Shown here in pieces: positions 46,668 through 54,967 of a stretch of DNA of 64,000 nucleotides. The position numbers and the translations under genes were made by a program. The DNA is from an uncultured Clostridia bacterium. GTDB lineage: Bacteria; Bacillota; Clostridia; Christensenellales; Borkfalkiaceae. Under the pieces are notes generated by a model, which was not told where the DNA came from, did no database searches, and worked only from the letters and a program-made list of their open reading frames with translations. Each line of letters starts with the position of its first letter. The stretch's first letter is position 1. The stretch spans positions 35,496 through 99,495 of the forward strand of contig CANQQM010000001.1 of the NCBI GenBank assembly GCA_947626005.1, read 5' to 3'.

Positions 46668-47354
46668 ATGAAGATCACCATTCTCACACTCTTTCCCGAA
46701 ATGTTCTCGGCGCTCGGGGCAAGCATCCTCGGAAGGGCGCAGCGGGAGGGAAAGCTCGACGTCGAAGTCGTCGACCTCCGCGACTACACCGAGGACAAAC
46801 ATCAAAAATGCGACGACTATCCCTTCGGCGGCGGCGCGGGGATGGTCATGATGGCACAGCCCGTCGGGAGCGCCGTCGAGGCGGTGGATCCCGCACATAC
46901 GGCCCGCCGCATCTATCTCTCCCCCAAGGGGAGGCCCTTAACGCAGGAGCGCGTCGTCTCCTTGGCGGAAGGAGGGGATATGGTGCTTCTTTGCGGCCAT
47001 TACGAGGGGGTGGATCAGCGGGCGATCGACCTCTTTATCGACGAGGAGATCTCCATCGGCGACTACGTTTTGACGGGGGGAGAACTCCCCGCGATGGTGC
47101 TCGTCGACTGCGTGGCGCGCTACATCGACGGCGTCCTCTCCCCCGAGTCCCTCGTGCAGGAGAGCTTTTCGGACGGCCTCCTCGAATATCCGCACTATAC
47201 CCGCCCCGTCGAGTACAGGGGGCTGCGCGTTCCCGAAGTGCTCCGAAGCGGCAATCACGCCGAGATCGACCGCTGGCGGCACGAACGCGCCCTCGAAATT
47301 ACCGAAAAGGCGCGTCCCGACCTTCTCAAGGGACGGGAGGAGGACAAACGGTGA
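46668..47354 (+). CDS. trmD: tRNA (guanine37-N1)-methyltransferase
   Basis: LTLFPEMF and GHYEGVDQR. Confidence 0.95.
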   Translation: MKITILTLFPEMFSALGASILGRAQREGKLDVEVVDLRDYTEDKHQKCDDYPFGGGAGMVMMAQPVGSAVEAVDPAHTARRIYLSPKGRPLTQERVVSLAEGGDMVLLCGHYEGVDQRAIDLFIDEEISIGDYVLTGGELPAMVLVDCVARYIDGVLSPESLVQESFSDGLLEYPHYTRPVEYRGLRVPEVLRSGNHAEIDRWRHERALEITEKARPDLLKGREEDKR

Positions 47355-48205
47355 AGACCATCCAATGGTTCCCGGGGCACATGGCGAAGGCGATGCGCGC
47401 GATGGAGGAGAGCATGGGGCTCGTCGACGCCGTCGTGTTCGTCCTCGACGCCCGCTGTCCCGCCTCGAGCTACAATCCCCGTCTTCGGGCGCTTGCGGGG
47501 GAGAAGCCCGTCCTCTATCTTCTTAATAAAGGGGACCTTGCCGACCGCGCGTCGGAGAGCTTTCTCTCCCTCTTTCCGAAGGGACGGGCCCTCCGCCTCT
47601 CCGCTTCGAGCCCCGCTTCCGCGCGCCCCCTTCAGGCCGCAATGGAGGAACTGGTGCACGAAAAAGCCGAACGTCTGCGCGCCAAAGGCTCCCAAAAACC
47701 CCTCCGATTTATGGTCGCGGGCATCCCGAATACGGGGAAGAGCACGGTCATCAACCTCCTCTCGGGGGCGAAAAAGGCGGTGACGGGGGACAGGGCGGGG
47801 GTGACGCGGGCCAAACAGTGGGTGCACTGCGGCTCCTTCGACCTCCTCGACACCCCGGGCACGATGCCCCCCTCCTGCGCAGATCAGAGATTGGCGCGGC
47901 GGCTTGCCTACGTCGGGTGCATCAACGACGACATCCTCGCCCTCGACGAAATTGCCCTCTCCCTCCTCGAAGAGCTGTACGAAAAAGCCCCCGCGGCGCT
48001 TTCCGCACGCTACGCGATCTCGGGCGGCACCCCCCTCGAAATGTTGGACACGGTATGCAAAAACCGCGGATTTCTCCTCCGCGGCGGGGAGTATGACTAC
48101 GAGCGCGGCGAAAGGGCGGTCCTCGACGATTTGCGGAAAGGGAAACTCGGCCGCGTCTGCTTCGACAGCGCGGAGGATCTTTCCGCCGTCGGGCTCATTT
48201 CATAG
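47351..48205 (+). CDS. rbgA: ribosome biogenesis GTPase A (YlqF)
   Basis: IQWFPGHMAKA, circularly permuted G-motifs LLNKGDLA and GIPNTGKST. GTG start overlapping the trmD stop. Confidence 0.92.
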   Translation: MKTIQWFPGHMAKAMRAMEESMGLVDAVVFVLDARCPASSYNPRLRALAGEKPVLYLLNKGDLADRASESFLSLFPKGRALRLSASSPASARPLQAAMEELVHEKAERLRAKGSQKPLRFMVAGIPNTGKSTVINLLSGAKKAVTGDRAGVTRAKQWVHCGSFDLLDTPGTMPPSCADQRLARRLAYVGCINDDILALDEIALSLLEELYEKAPAALSARYAISGGTPLEMLDTVCKNRGFLLRGGEYDYERGERAVLDDLRKGKLGRVCFDSAEDLSAVGLIS

Positions 48206-48214
48206 GGGGACGGT

Positions 48215-48850
48215 ATGGACGAACTCACTTTGGAGCGCGAATATTTCTCCCGGGGCTTCGCTGCGGTCTGCGGCGTGGACGAGGTGGGAAGGGGCCCCTT
48301 GGCGGGACCCGTCGTCTGCGCGGCGGTCATTCTCCCCCTCGGGGAGGAACAGCGCATCCGCGGCATCGACGACAGCAAGAAGCTCTCCGCCGCCAAGCGG
48401 GAAAGACTTGCCGAAGAGATCAAAAAGGCCGCCCGTGCCTATGCGATCGCGGAGGTCGACGAGCGCACGATCGACGAGATCAACATCTTGCAAGCGACCC
48501 GTCTCGGCATGAAACGGGCGGTCGAGGCGCTTTCCCCCGCACCCGACTTCGTCCTCACCGACGGGAACATGACCCTCGAGCTCTCCTTGCCGCAGAGGAG
48601 CATCGTGAAGGGGGACGCCCTCGTCGCATCGATCGGCGCGGCGAGCATCCTCGCAAAGGTGTATCGGGACGGGCTCATGCGCCGCTATGCGGAGGAGTTC
48701 CCCGAATACGGGTTCGAACGCAACGTCGGCTACGGGACGAGGGAACACCTCGAAGCGATAAAAGAGGTAGGCATATGCAGAATTCACCGAAGGACTTTCG
48801 TAAAAAAGTATTGGGACGGAAGGGAGAGACCGTCGCCTGCAAATACCTGA
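48215..48850 (+). CDS. rnhB: ribonuclease HII
   Basis: GVDEVGRGPLAGPV and DSKKLS. Confidence 0.93.
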   Translation: MDELTLEREYFSRGFAAVCGVDEVGRGPLAGPVVCAAVILPLGEEQRIRGIDDSKKLSAAKRERLAEEIKKAARAYAIAEVDERTIDEINILQATRLGMKRAVEALSPAPDFVLTDGNMTLELSLPQRSIVKGDALVASIGAASILAKVYRDGLMRRYAEEFPEYGFERNVGYGTREHLEAIKEVGICRIHRRTFVKKYWDGRERPSPANT

Positions 48851-49134
48851 AAAAGCACGGCTACAAGATCCTCGAACGCAACTACAGGACCCCCTTCGGC
48901 GAGGCGGACATCGTCGCCCTCAAAGACGGCTACACCTGCTTTGTCGAAGTCAAGACGAGGGAGAGCGACGTGTTCGGGCTCCCGACGGAGGCCGTCACGC
49001 GCGAAAAACAGCGCCGCTACCGCATGATCGCGGGCTTCTACTGTACGACGATCGGCCGCGAGGTGCCCATCCGCTTCGACGTCGCCGCCATCTTCGAGGG
49101 CGGGCTCGAATACTTCGAGAACGCTTTCATCTGA
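48775..49134 (+). CDS. YraN-family (UPF0102) endonuclease-like protein
   Basis: GETVACKYLKKHGYKILERNYR...GEADIVAL...FVEVKTR. The start is uncertain: ATG 48775 or TTG 48811. Either one overlaps the rnhB 3' end. Confidence 0.85.
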   Translation: MQNSPKDFRKKVLGRKGETVACKYLKKHGYKILERNYRTPFGEADIVALKDGYTCFVEVKTRESDVFGLPTEAVTREKQRRYRMIAGFYCTTIGREVPIRFDVAAIFEGGLEYFENAFI

Positions 49135-49149
49135 GGATAGGGCACGATT

Positions 49150-49172
49150 CGTCCCTTCGGGGGCGGTTTTTT
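49150..49172 (+). terminator. intrinsic terminator after yraN
   Basis: CGTCCC-TTCG-GGGGCG hairpin followed by GTTTTTT. Confidence 0.7.
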
Positions 49173-49235
49173 GTTGCCCGAAATCGGTTATTTGCGGAAA
49201 AAGAGGGAAAAATATCCGAAAAGCGTCGAGAGACC

Positions 49236-49264
49236 TTGCATTTCGCGCGAAAATATGATATACT
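49236..49264 (+). promoter_or_regulatory. sigma-A-type promoter with extended -10 (TTGCAT-17-TGaTATACT) of the giant helicase gene
   Basis: TTGCAT 49236-49241, TATACT 49259-49264. Confidence 0.6.
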
Positions 49265-49314
49265 TTTTCGGAAACAATGTTGAGCCCGTGCGTATGTACG
49301 GGCGCGGGAGTCGT

Positions 49315-52300
49315 ATGGCGGGCAAAAAACGGAACACACTCAACGAAAAAATCGCACTCGAGCTGCGTTTCCCCAAGTATGTGGGATACGCCGATCATTT
49401 CCTCTCCACCCCGGCGCGGGTGCAGATCAAGAGCGGCTTCGAGGAGGCGGCGGCGCTCAAGCTCGTCCTCACCTCCCCCGAGGGGCTTCTCACCGCCTTC
49501 GAAGAGACGGTGGAGGTCCCCTTCGAGAGCACCGTCGAAGTGGTCGCAAAGAACATCTTCTCTCCCGTCTATTTGGCGGAGGCGGAGGAGGTAAAGACGG
49601 CCGAGGTTCGTGCCGCCGTCTATTCCGAGGGCAAGGAGATCGCCTCCGCGTCGGCGGAGATCACCGTGCTCCCCTTCGACTGGTGGGAGGGCCTTTCGGG
49701 CAATGCCGAGCGCATCGCTTCGTTCGTCCGTCCCCGTCTCAGCGACTGCGCCCCCGTCCTCTCGGAGGCGGGAAAGCGCCTTCGGAAGTGGGAAGCCGAC
49801 TCCGAGTTCTGCGGCTACCTCGACGCCGACAAAGACACGGTGCGCCGTGCCGCCGCGGCGATCTATGCGGCGATCCGCTCCTTCGGGTTTTCCCGCGAGG
49901 AGTGCGACCTTTCGGGCCCCGTTCCCGCTTCGGCGGAGGGCTCTCTTCTCAAGGATAAGACGGCGGACGAGTTCCGCCTTGCGGTCTTTGCCTGCGCCTC
50001 CCTCGAGGCGGCGCAGCTGCACCCCGTCCTCGCGGTGGGGAAGAATACCGTCGCCGTGGGGGTTTGGCTGTATAACAGCTGCTTCCTCGACAGCGTGACG
50101 GACGACGCGGAGATCGTCGAAAAGTACACGTCGGAGGGGATCAACAACCTTGCCTTCTTCGACGCCGCCGACCTCTTTGCGGGGAAGAACGTCGCATTCG
50201 GCACGTCGGAAGGGCACTTCCGCGAAAAACTCAAGAGCGGGCTCTACGAGTGCTTCGTCGATATCCGCCGCTGCCGCATCGGCGGGGTTCTTCCGTGCCC
50301 CGTCCGCGGGAAGGGGCTCCGCGGGTACGAAGTGCTCCGCGAAGAGGAGATGTCCGACTCCGCGGCGCCCGCCCCGCTCCCCGTCGTGCGCGATCTTCGC
50401 CTCGACGGCAAACAGCCCAAAAACAAGCAGTGGGAGCGCCGCCTTCTCGACCTCAGCGCCAAGAACGCCCTCCTCAACTTTTCGGGGAAGAACGCGCTCC
50501 ATCTCGCCTCCTCCTCGCCCGACGAGTTCGTCGCCCGTCTCACGGCGCAGGGGAGCGTAAAACTCAAGGAGGGGGAGGAACTTACTCCCTTCGGCGGAAC
50601 GCTCACCCCGCAGCGCCGCGAACTCATCGCCATCGAACAGGAGAAGGGGGTGTTCCGCGTCTCGGGCGACCGCGCCTCCCTCTCGGAGACGGCGGGCAAG
50701 CTCATCCGCAGGATGCGGGAATCGGTCGAAGAGACGGGGGCGCGCATCCTCTACCTTGCCGTCGGATTTTTGCGCTACGTCTCCAAGGAGGACGGCGCTC
50801 CCAAGTTTGCGCCGCTCGTCCTCATGCCCGTCGGGCTCGGCCGCGCCAAGGGGAACGAGGATTTCTCCCTTGCGGCGACGGAGGAGGGGTACTTCGTCAA
50901 CTCCACCCTCCTCGAGTTTTTGAAACAGGAATTCAACATCGACATCCGCGGGCTCGGGGAGGACGTCTCGGCGCTCAAAATTTCCGAGATCCTCGCCATG
51001 GTGCGCGTGGAGACGGCTTCGATGAAGGGCTGGAGCGTGTTCGACGACGTGTACGCCTCCGCCTTCTCCTTCCAGCGCTACCTCATGTGGAACGATCTGA
51101 GGACGCACTTCGACGCCTTCAAAAAGAATGCGAACATCGCGGCGCTCGTCGGCGGAAAACCCGTGCGGGAGGGGGCGGCCGCCGATCCCGACGAGGACGA
51201 GAGCGACCCCGCGGAAGTGCTCCTTCCCCTTCCCTCCGACAGTTCGCAGTACGCCGCCGTCGCCCTCTCGGGGACGGGGACGAGCTTTGTCCTCCACGGC
51301 CCCCCGGGAACGGGCAAGAGCCAGACGATCACCAACATCATCGCAAACGCCCTGCATAAGAACAAGCGGGTGCTCTTCGTCGCGGAGAAGAAGGCGGCGC
51401 TCGACGTCGTCAAAAAGCGGCTCGACGCGGTCGGCATCGGCGAATTCTGCCTCGAGCTCCACTCCAACAAGACGGACAAGGCCGACGTCCTCCGCCGCAT
51501 GGAGGCGACCCTCGCCCTCGCGGGGAGCGCCGAAGCCGCTCCGATCGACGACCGTGCCGAAGAGCTTGCCTCCCTCAGGGAGGAGCTCCGCGAACCCATG
51601 ACGGCTCTGCACAAGAAGCGCCGCCTCGGCGTCTCGGTGTACGAGGCCATTCTCGGCTACCTCAAAAACAAGAACGCGCCCGACATCCTCGACATCGAGA
51701 GCGCCTTCTACGACACCCTCACCGAAAAGAAACTCTCCGAATGCCGCAACATGATCCTCGTCGCGGCGGCGGCGGCGAAGGAGTGCGGAGGGGTATTCAA
51801 CTCTCCCTTCGAGAACGTCAACCTCAACGAATATACGCAGGAACTCCGCGACCGCGTGTTCTGCGCAAGCGAAGTCATCGTCACCGAGATCAAGCACCTC
51901 AAGTCCTTTCTGGCGCTCTTCCTCGAATTTTACCGTCAGCGCATTTCGACGATCACGCGGCGCAAGCTGCTCTCCCTCTGCGACATCGCCCGCGACTTCG
52001 CCGACGGGGTGTACGACAAGTACTATCACGGGGTGGGGGAAGAGGACTTCTACGTATTCTATAATGCGAACAGACGGCTCGATTCCTGCCTCAACTACTA
52101 CTTCAAGCACTTCAAGACGCTCGTGGATCCCGACGGGGCGGAGGAGATCGGCGCCTACCTCGAAAAGGGCGGGGACTGGAAGCTCTCTAAAAGCGCAAGG
52201 GCGGCCGCGAAGCAGCTCTCCCGCGCCGCCGTCCGTCCCATCGCCGACGAGGACATGCCCAAGTTCCTCCAGACGGTGGTCGAGATCGACGCCGCGATGA

Positions 52301-54912
52301 AGCGCATCACGGGCATCTCCCTTTCCAAGAATTTCACCGACCGTGCGGGGCGCATCGTGTTCCGCCGCCGCAACGAATATCTCTCCGAGCTCTACGCGCT
52401 GCACACCAAGTGCGCCGCGACCTTCCTCGACTACAACCCCGACTCCTTCAACGGCATGTGCATCCGTGCGGCAAACGGGTACACCCTTCCCGTCCTCGAG
52501 GGATTTCTGAAGGCCGCCGATTCCTACTTCCACGCCGAGGAGAGCTTCCTCGCGGTGACGAAGGGGGAGCGCGGCAAGATCCGCGGGGAGGACGTCCTCG
52601 ACTACTTCTCCGCGAAGGCGTCGGCGCTCATCGACAACGTCGACCTCCTTCCCAACTGGTGCATGTACCGCGCAACGGCCAAAAAGCTCTCCGCGCTCGG
52701 GCTCAACTTCATCGCCGACGCCTTGGAGAGCGGCCGCCTCAAGGTGGAGAACGTCCTTGCGGGGTTCGAAAAGAACGTCTACAAGAACTTCCTCGAGATC
52801 AACATCCCCGCCGACCCCGCTCTTTCGCGCATGACGGTCGGGACGCTCGAGGACACCGTCGAAAAATTCCGCCTCGCGTGGGAGGAGTACACCAAACTCA
52901 CCCGCGCCCACCTCCGCGCCGAGCTCATCTCGCGGCTCCCGGGGAGCGATGCGGAAGGGGATATCGGGCTCGAGCTTGCGAGCTTCACCCGCTTTTCGAG
53001 GAGCAACCTCCGCGGGACGGGCATCCGCGCCATGTTCGCCGAGATCGGGACGCTCTCCGCTTCCCTCTGCCCCTGCCTTCTCATGAGCCCGACGACGGTG
53101 GCGCAATATCTTCAGCCCGAGGCAGACCTCTTCGACCTCGTCATTTTCGACGAGGCCTCCCAGATGACGACGGCGGAGGCGGTCGGGTCGATCGCAAGGG
53201 CCAAGGCGGCGGTCGTCGTCGGCGATCCCCGCCAACTCCCGCCGACCTCCTTCTTCCGTACGAGCGCCGTCGACGAGGACGACCTCGAAAACGAGGACCT
53301 CGAGAGCGTGCTCGACGACTGCCTCGCCCTCGGAATGCCCGAGCGGCACCTCATCTGGCACTACCGCAGCAAGCATGAAAGCCTCATCGCATTCTCCAAC
53401 GGAATGTACTACGACAACCGCCTTTGCACCTTCCCTTCGCCCGACGCGCTCGAGAGCAAGGTCCGCCTCGTGCAGGTGGACGGCACTTACGACCGCGGCT
53501 TCACCAAGCGCAACCGCCGCGAGGCGGAGGAGCTCGTGAAGGAGGTCGTGCGCCGTCTCTCCGACCCCGTCCTCTCCCGTTCGAGCATCGGGATCGTCAC
53601 CTTCTCGGGGGCGCAGCAGGAGGACATCGAACGGCTCCTTTCCAAGGAACTTGTCCGCCTCAAGCTCGACGGCGTCGCCTACGAGCGCGAGGAGCCCCTC
53701 TTCGTCAAGAACCTCGAGAACGTGCAGGGGGACGAGCGGGACGTCATTCTCTTCTCCGTCTGCTACGGCCCCGACAAGACGGGGCGGGTCTCCCTCAACT
53801 TCGGGCCCCTCAACCAAGCGGGCGGCTGGCGGCGGCTCAACGTCGCCGTCTCCCGTGCAAGGGAGGAGATGGTGGTATTCTCGACGATGACCGCCGCGAT
53901 GATCGACCTCGCCAAGACCTCCTCGAAGGGGGTCGCGGGGCTCAAGGCCTTCCTCGAATTTGCCGAAAAGGGGAGAACGACGCTTGCCGTGCGGTCGGAT
54001 TCGGTGCGCGGCGGCGCGGGGATCGGAAGGTACATCGCCGCCGAGCTCTCCTCCTACGGCTACGACTGCCGCGCCGACGTCGGGGCCTCCGACTTCAAGG
54101 TGGACGTCGCCGTCGTCGATCCCGACGACAAGCGCCGCTTTGTCCTCGGTATCCTCTGCGACGGGACGGAGCGCTTCTCGGTAAAGGACCGCAACCTCCT
54201 TCAGGTCCAGACCCTGAAGCGGGGGAATTGGAACGTCGTGCGCGTCAACAGCGTCAACTACTACAACAACCCCAAACGGGAAATCAAGCGGATAAAAGAC
54301 CTTCTCGACCGTCTGACGGGGGCGGGCCGCAAGACCGATTCGCACCTTTCGAAGAGCGCCAAGGCCTACCGCTATGTGAAGGCGACGGCGGCGGAGACGG
54401 CGGCGTTTATTACTTGCGGCGACAACGACACGGACATCATGGCGCGGCTTAAAGAGATCGTCGCCGCCGAGGAGCCCATCTCCCGCGCCTTCCTCAAAAA
54501 GAGGTGCCTTGCAAGTTTCGGGATCTTAAAGAGCGGGACGAAGGTGGACGGGCGGCTCGACGCGCTCATCGACGCCTGCGCCTTCAACCGCGACCGCGTG
54601 GCGGGCGTCGACTACTTCTACAAAAATCTGCGCGCCCTCCAGCTCGGCAGATACCGCACCGATCCCGAGGACGGCGCCGTCAAGCGCTCGGATGACGACT
54701 ACACGGTGTACGAATTCGTCTCTCTCATCCGCGCCGCGCTCGAGGACCGCGTCGCGCTCTATATGGACGAACTGCTCTCCGTCGCCGCGGGGGCGCTCGG
54801 CGTCGTGCGGCCGAGTGAGAAGTTCGTCTCCTTCCTTCGCACCTGCGTCGGGTACGGCGAGGAGAAGGGCATCTTCGTCCGCTCCGTCTCCGACCGCATC
54901 TCTCTCGCCTAA
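49315..54912 (+). CDS. giant SF1 (Upf1/Dna2-like) helicase with DUF4011-like region, Vsr/DUF559-like endonuclease fold and DUF3320-like C-terminus
   Basis: DUF4011-like segment WERRLLDLSAKNALLNF. Helicase motifs LHGPPGTGKSQT, VIFDEASQM, VVVGDPRQLPPT, YRSKHESLI, VQGDERDVILFS, LNVAVSRAREE. PD-(D/E)xK-like segment GYDCRADVGASDFKVDVAVVD...ILCDG. Start ATG 49315 (GGGAG upstream); alternative ATG 49294. Confidence 0.9.
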   Translation: MAGKKRNTLNEKIALELRFPKYVGYADHFLSTPARVQIKSGFEEAAALKLVLTSPEGLLTAFEETVEVPFESTVEVVAKNIFSPVYLAEAEEVKTAEVRAAVYSEGKEIASASAEITVLPFDWWEGLSGNAERIASFVRPRLSDCAPVLSEAGKRLRKWEADSEFCGYLDADKDTVRRAAAAIYAAIRSFGFSREECDLSGPVPASAEGSLLKDKTADEFRLAVFACASLEAAQLHPVLAVGKNTVAVGVWLYNSCFLDSVTDDAEIVEKYTSEGINNLAFFDAADLFAGKNVAFGTSEGHFREKLKSGLYECFVDIRRCRIGGVLPCPVRGKGLRGYEVLREEEMSDSAAPAPLPVVRDLRLDGKQPKNKQWERRLLDLSAKNALLNFSGKNALHLASSSPDEFVARLTAQGSVKLKEGEELTPFGGTLTPQRRELIAIEQEKGVFRVSGDRASLSETAGKLIRRMRESVEETGARILYLAVGFLRYVSKEDGAPKFAPLVLMPVGLGRAKGNEDFSLAATEEGYFVNSTLLEFLKQEFNIDIRGLGEDVSALKISEILAMVRVETASMKGWSVFDDVYASAFSFQRYLMWNDLRTHFDAFKKNANIAALVGGKPVREGAAADPDEDESDPAEVLLPLPSDSSQYAAVALSGTGTSFVLHGPPGTGKSQTITNIIANALHKNKRVLFVAEKKAALDVVKKRLDAVGIGEFCLELHSNKTDKADVLRRMEATLALAGSAEAAPIDDRAEELASLREELREPMTALHKKRRLGVSVYEAILGYLKNKNAPDILDIESAFYDTLTEKKLSECRNMILVAAAAAKECGGVFNSPFENVNLNEYTQELRDRVFCASEVIVTEIKHLKSFLALFLEFYRQRISTITRRKLLSLCDIARDFADGVYDKYYHGVGEEDFYVFYNANRRLDSCLNYYFKHFKTLVDPDGAEEIGAYLEKGGDWKLSKSARAAAKQLSRAAVRPIADEDMPKFLQTVVEIDAAMKRITGISLSKNFTDRAGRIVFRRRNEYLSELYALHTKCAATFLDYNPDSFNGMCIRAANGYTLPVLEGFLKAADSYFHAEESFLAVTKGERGKIRGEDVLDYFSAKASALIDNVDLLPNWCMYRATAKKLSALGLNFIADALESGRLKVENVLAGFEKNVYKNFLEINIPADPALSRMTVGTLEDTVEKFRLAWEEYTKLTRAHLRAELISRLPGSDAEGDIGLELASFTRFSRSNLRGTGIRAMFAEIGTLSASLCPCLLMSPTTVAQYLQPEADLFDLVIFDEASQMTTAEAVGSIARAKAAVVVGDPRQLPPTSFFRTSAVDEDDLENEDLESVLDDCLALGMPERHLIWHYRSKHESLIAFSNGMYYDNRLCTFPSPDALESKVRLVQVDGTYDRGFTKRNRREAEELVKEVVRRLSDPVLSRSSIGIVTFSGAQQEDIERLLSKELVRLKLDGVAYEREEPLFVKNLENVQGDERDVILFSVCYGPDKTGRVSLNFGPLNQAGGWRRLNVAVSRAREEMVVFSTMTAAMIDLAKTSSKGVAGLKAFLEFAEKGRTTLAVRSDSVRGGAGIGRYIAAELSSYGYDCRADVGASDFKVDVAVVDPDDKRRFVLGILCDGTERFSVKDRNLLQVQTLKRGNWNVVRVNSVNYYNNPKREIKRIKDLLDRLTGAGRKTDSHLSKSAKAYRYVKATAAETAAFITCGDNDTDIMARLKEIVAAEEPISRAFLKKRCLASFGILKSGTKVDGRLDALIDACAFNRDRVAGVDYFYKNLRALQLGRYRTDPEDGAVKRSDDDYTVYEFVSLIRAALEDRVALYMDELLSVAAGALGVVRPSEKFVSFLRTCVGYGEEKGIFVRSVSDRISLA

Positions 54913-54917
54913 AACAT

Positions 54918-54946
54918 TTGACAAATCCGCGCGGATGTGATAGAAT
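54918..54946 (+). promoter_or_regulatory. sigma-A-type promoter with extended -10 (TTGACA-17-TGaTAGAAT) for trkH
   Basis: TTGACA 54918-54923, TAGAAT 54941-54946. The spacer contains the palindrome ATCCGCGCGGAT (54925-54936). Confidence 0.6.
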
Positions 54947-54967
54947 CACGCGGAACGGAGGGCGGAT

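Noticed and set aside
48784-54345. 1,853-aa ORF on the minus strand, antisense to the giant helicase gene
   Set aside because: It is the exact mirror of a convincingly coding + strand gene. The translation is low-complexity and rich in R/G/A/E/D/V/L, with no motifs, no RBS and no promoter. Long open antisense frames are expected when sense codons are G/C-rich at the third position.
54947-54967. c-di-AMP (ydaO) riboswitch before trkH, and lysine riboswitch before the aspartokinase (63091)
   Set aside because: The leaders are ~20 nt and 0 nt respectively, which is too short for any riboswitch.
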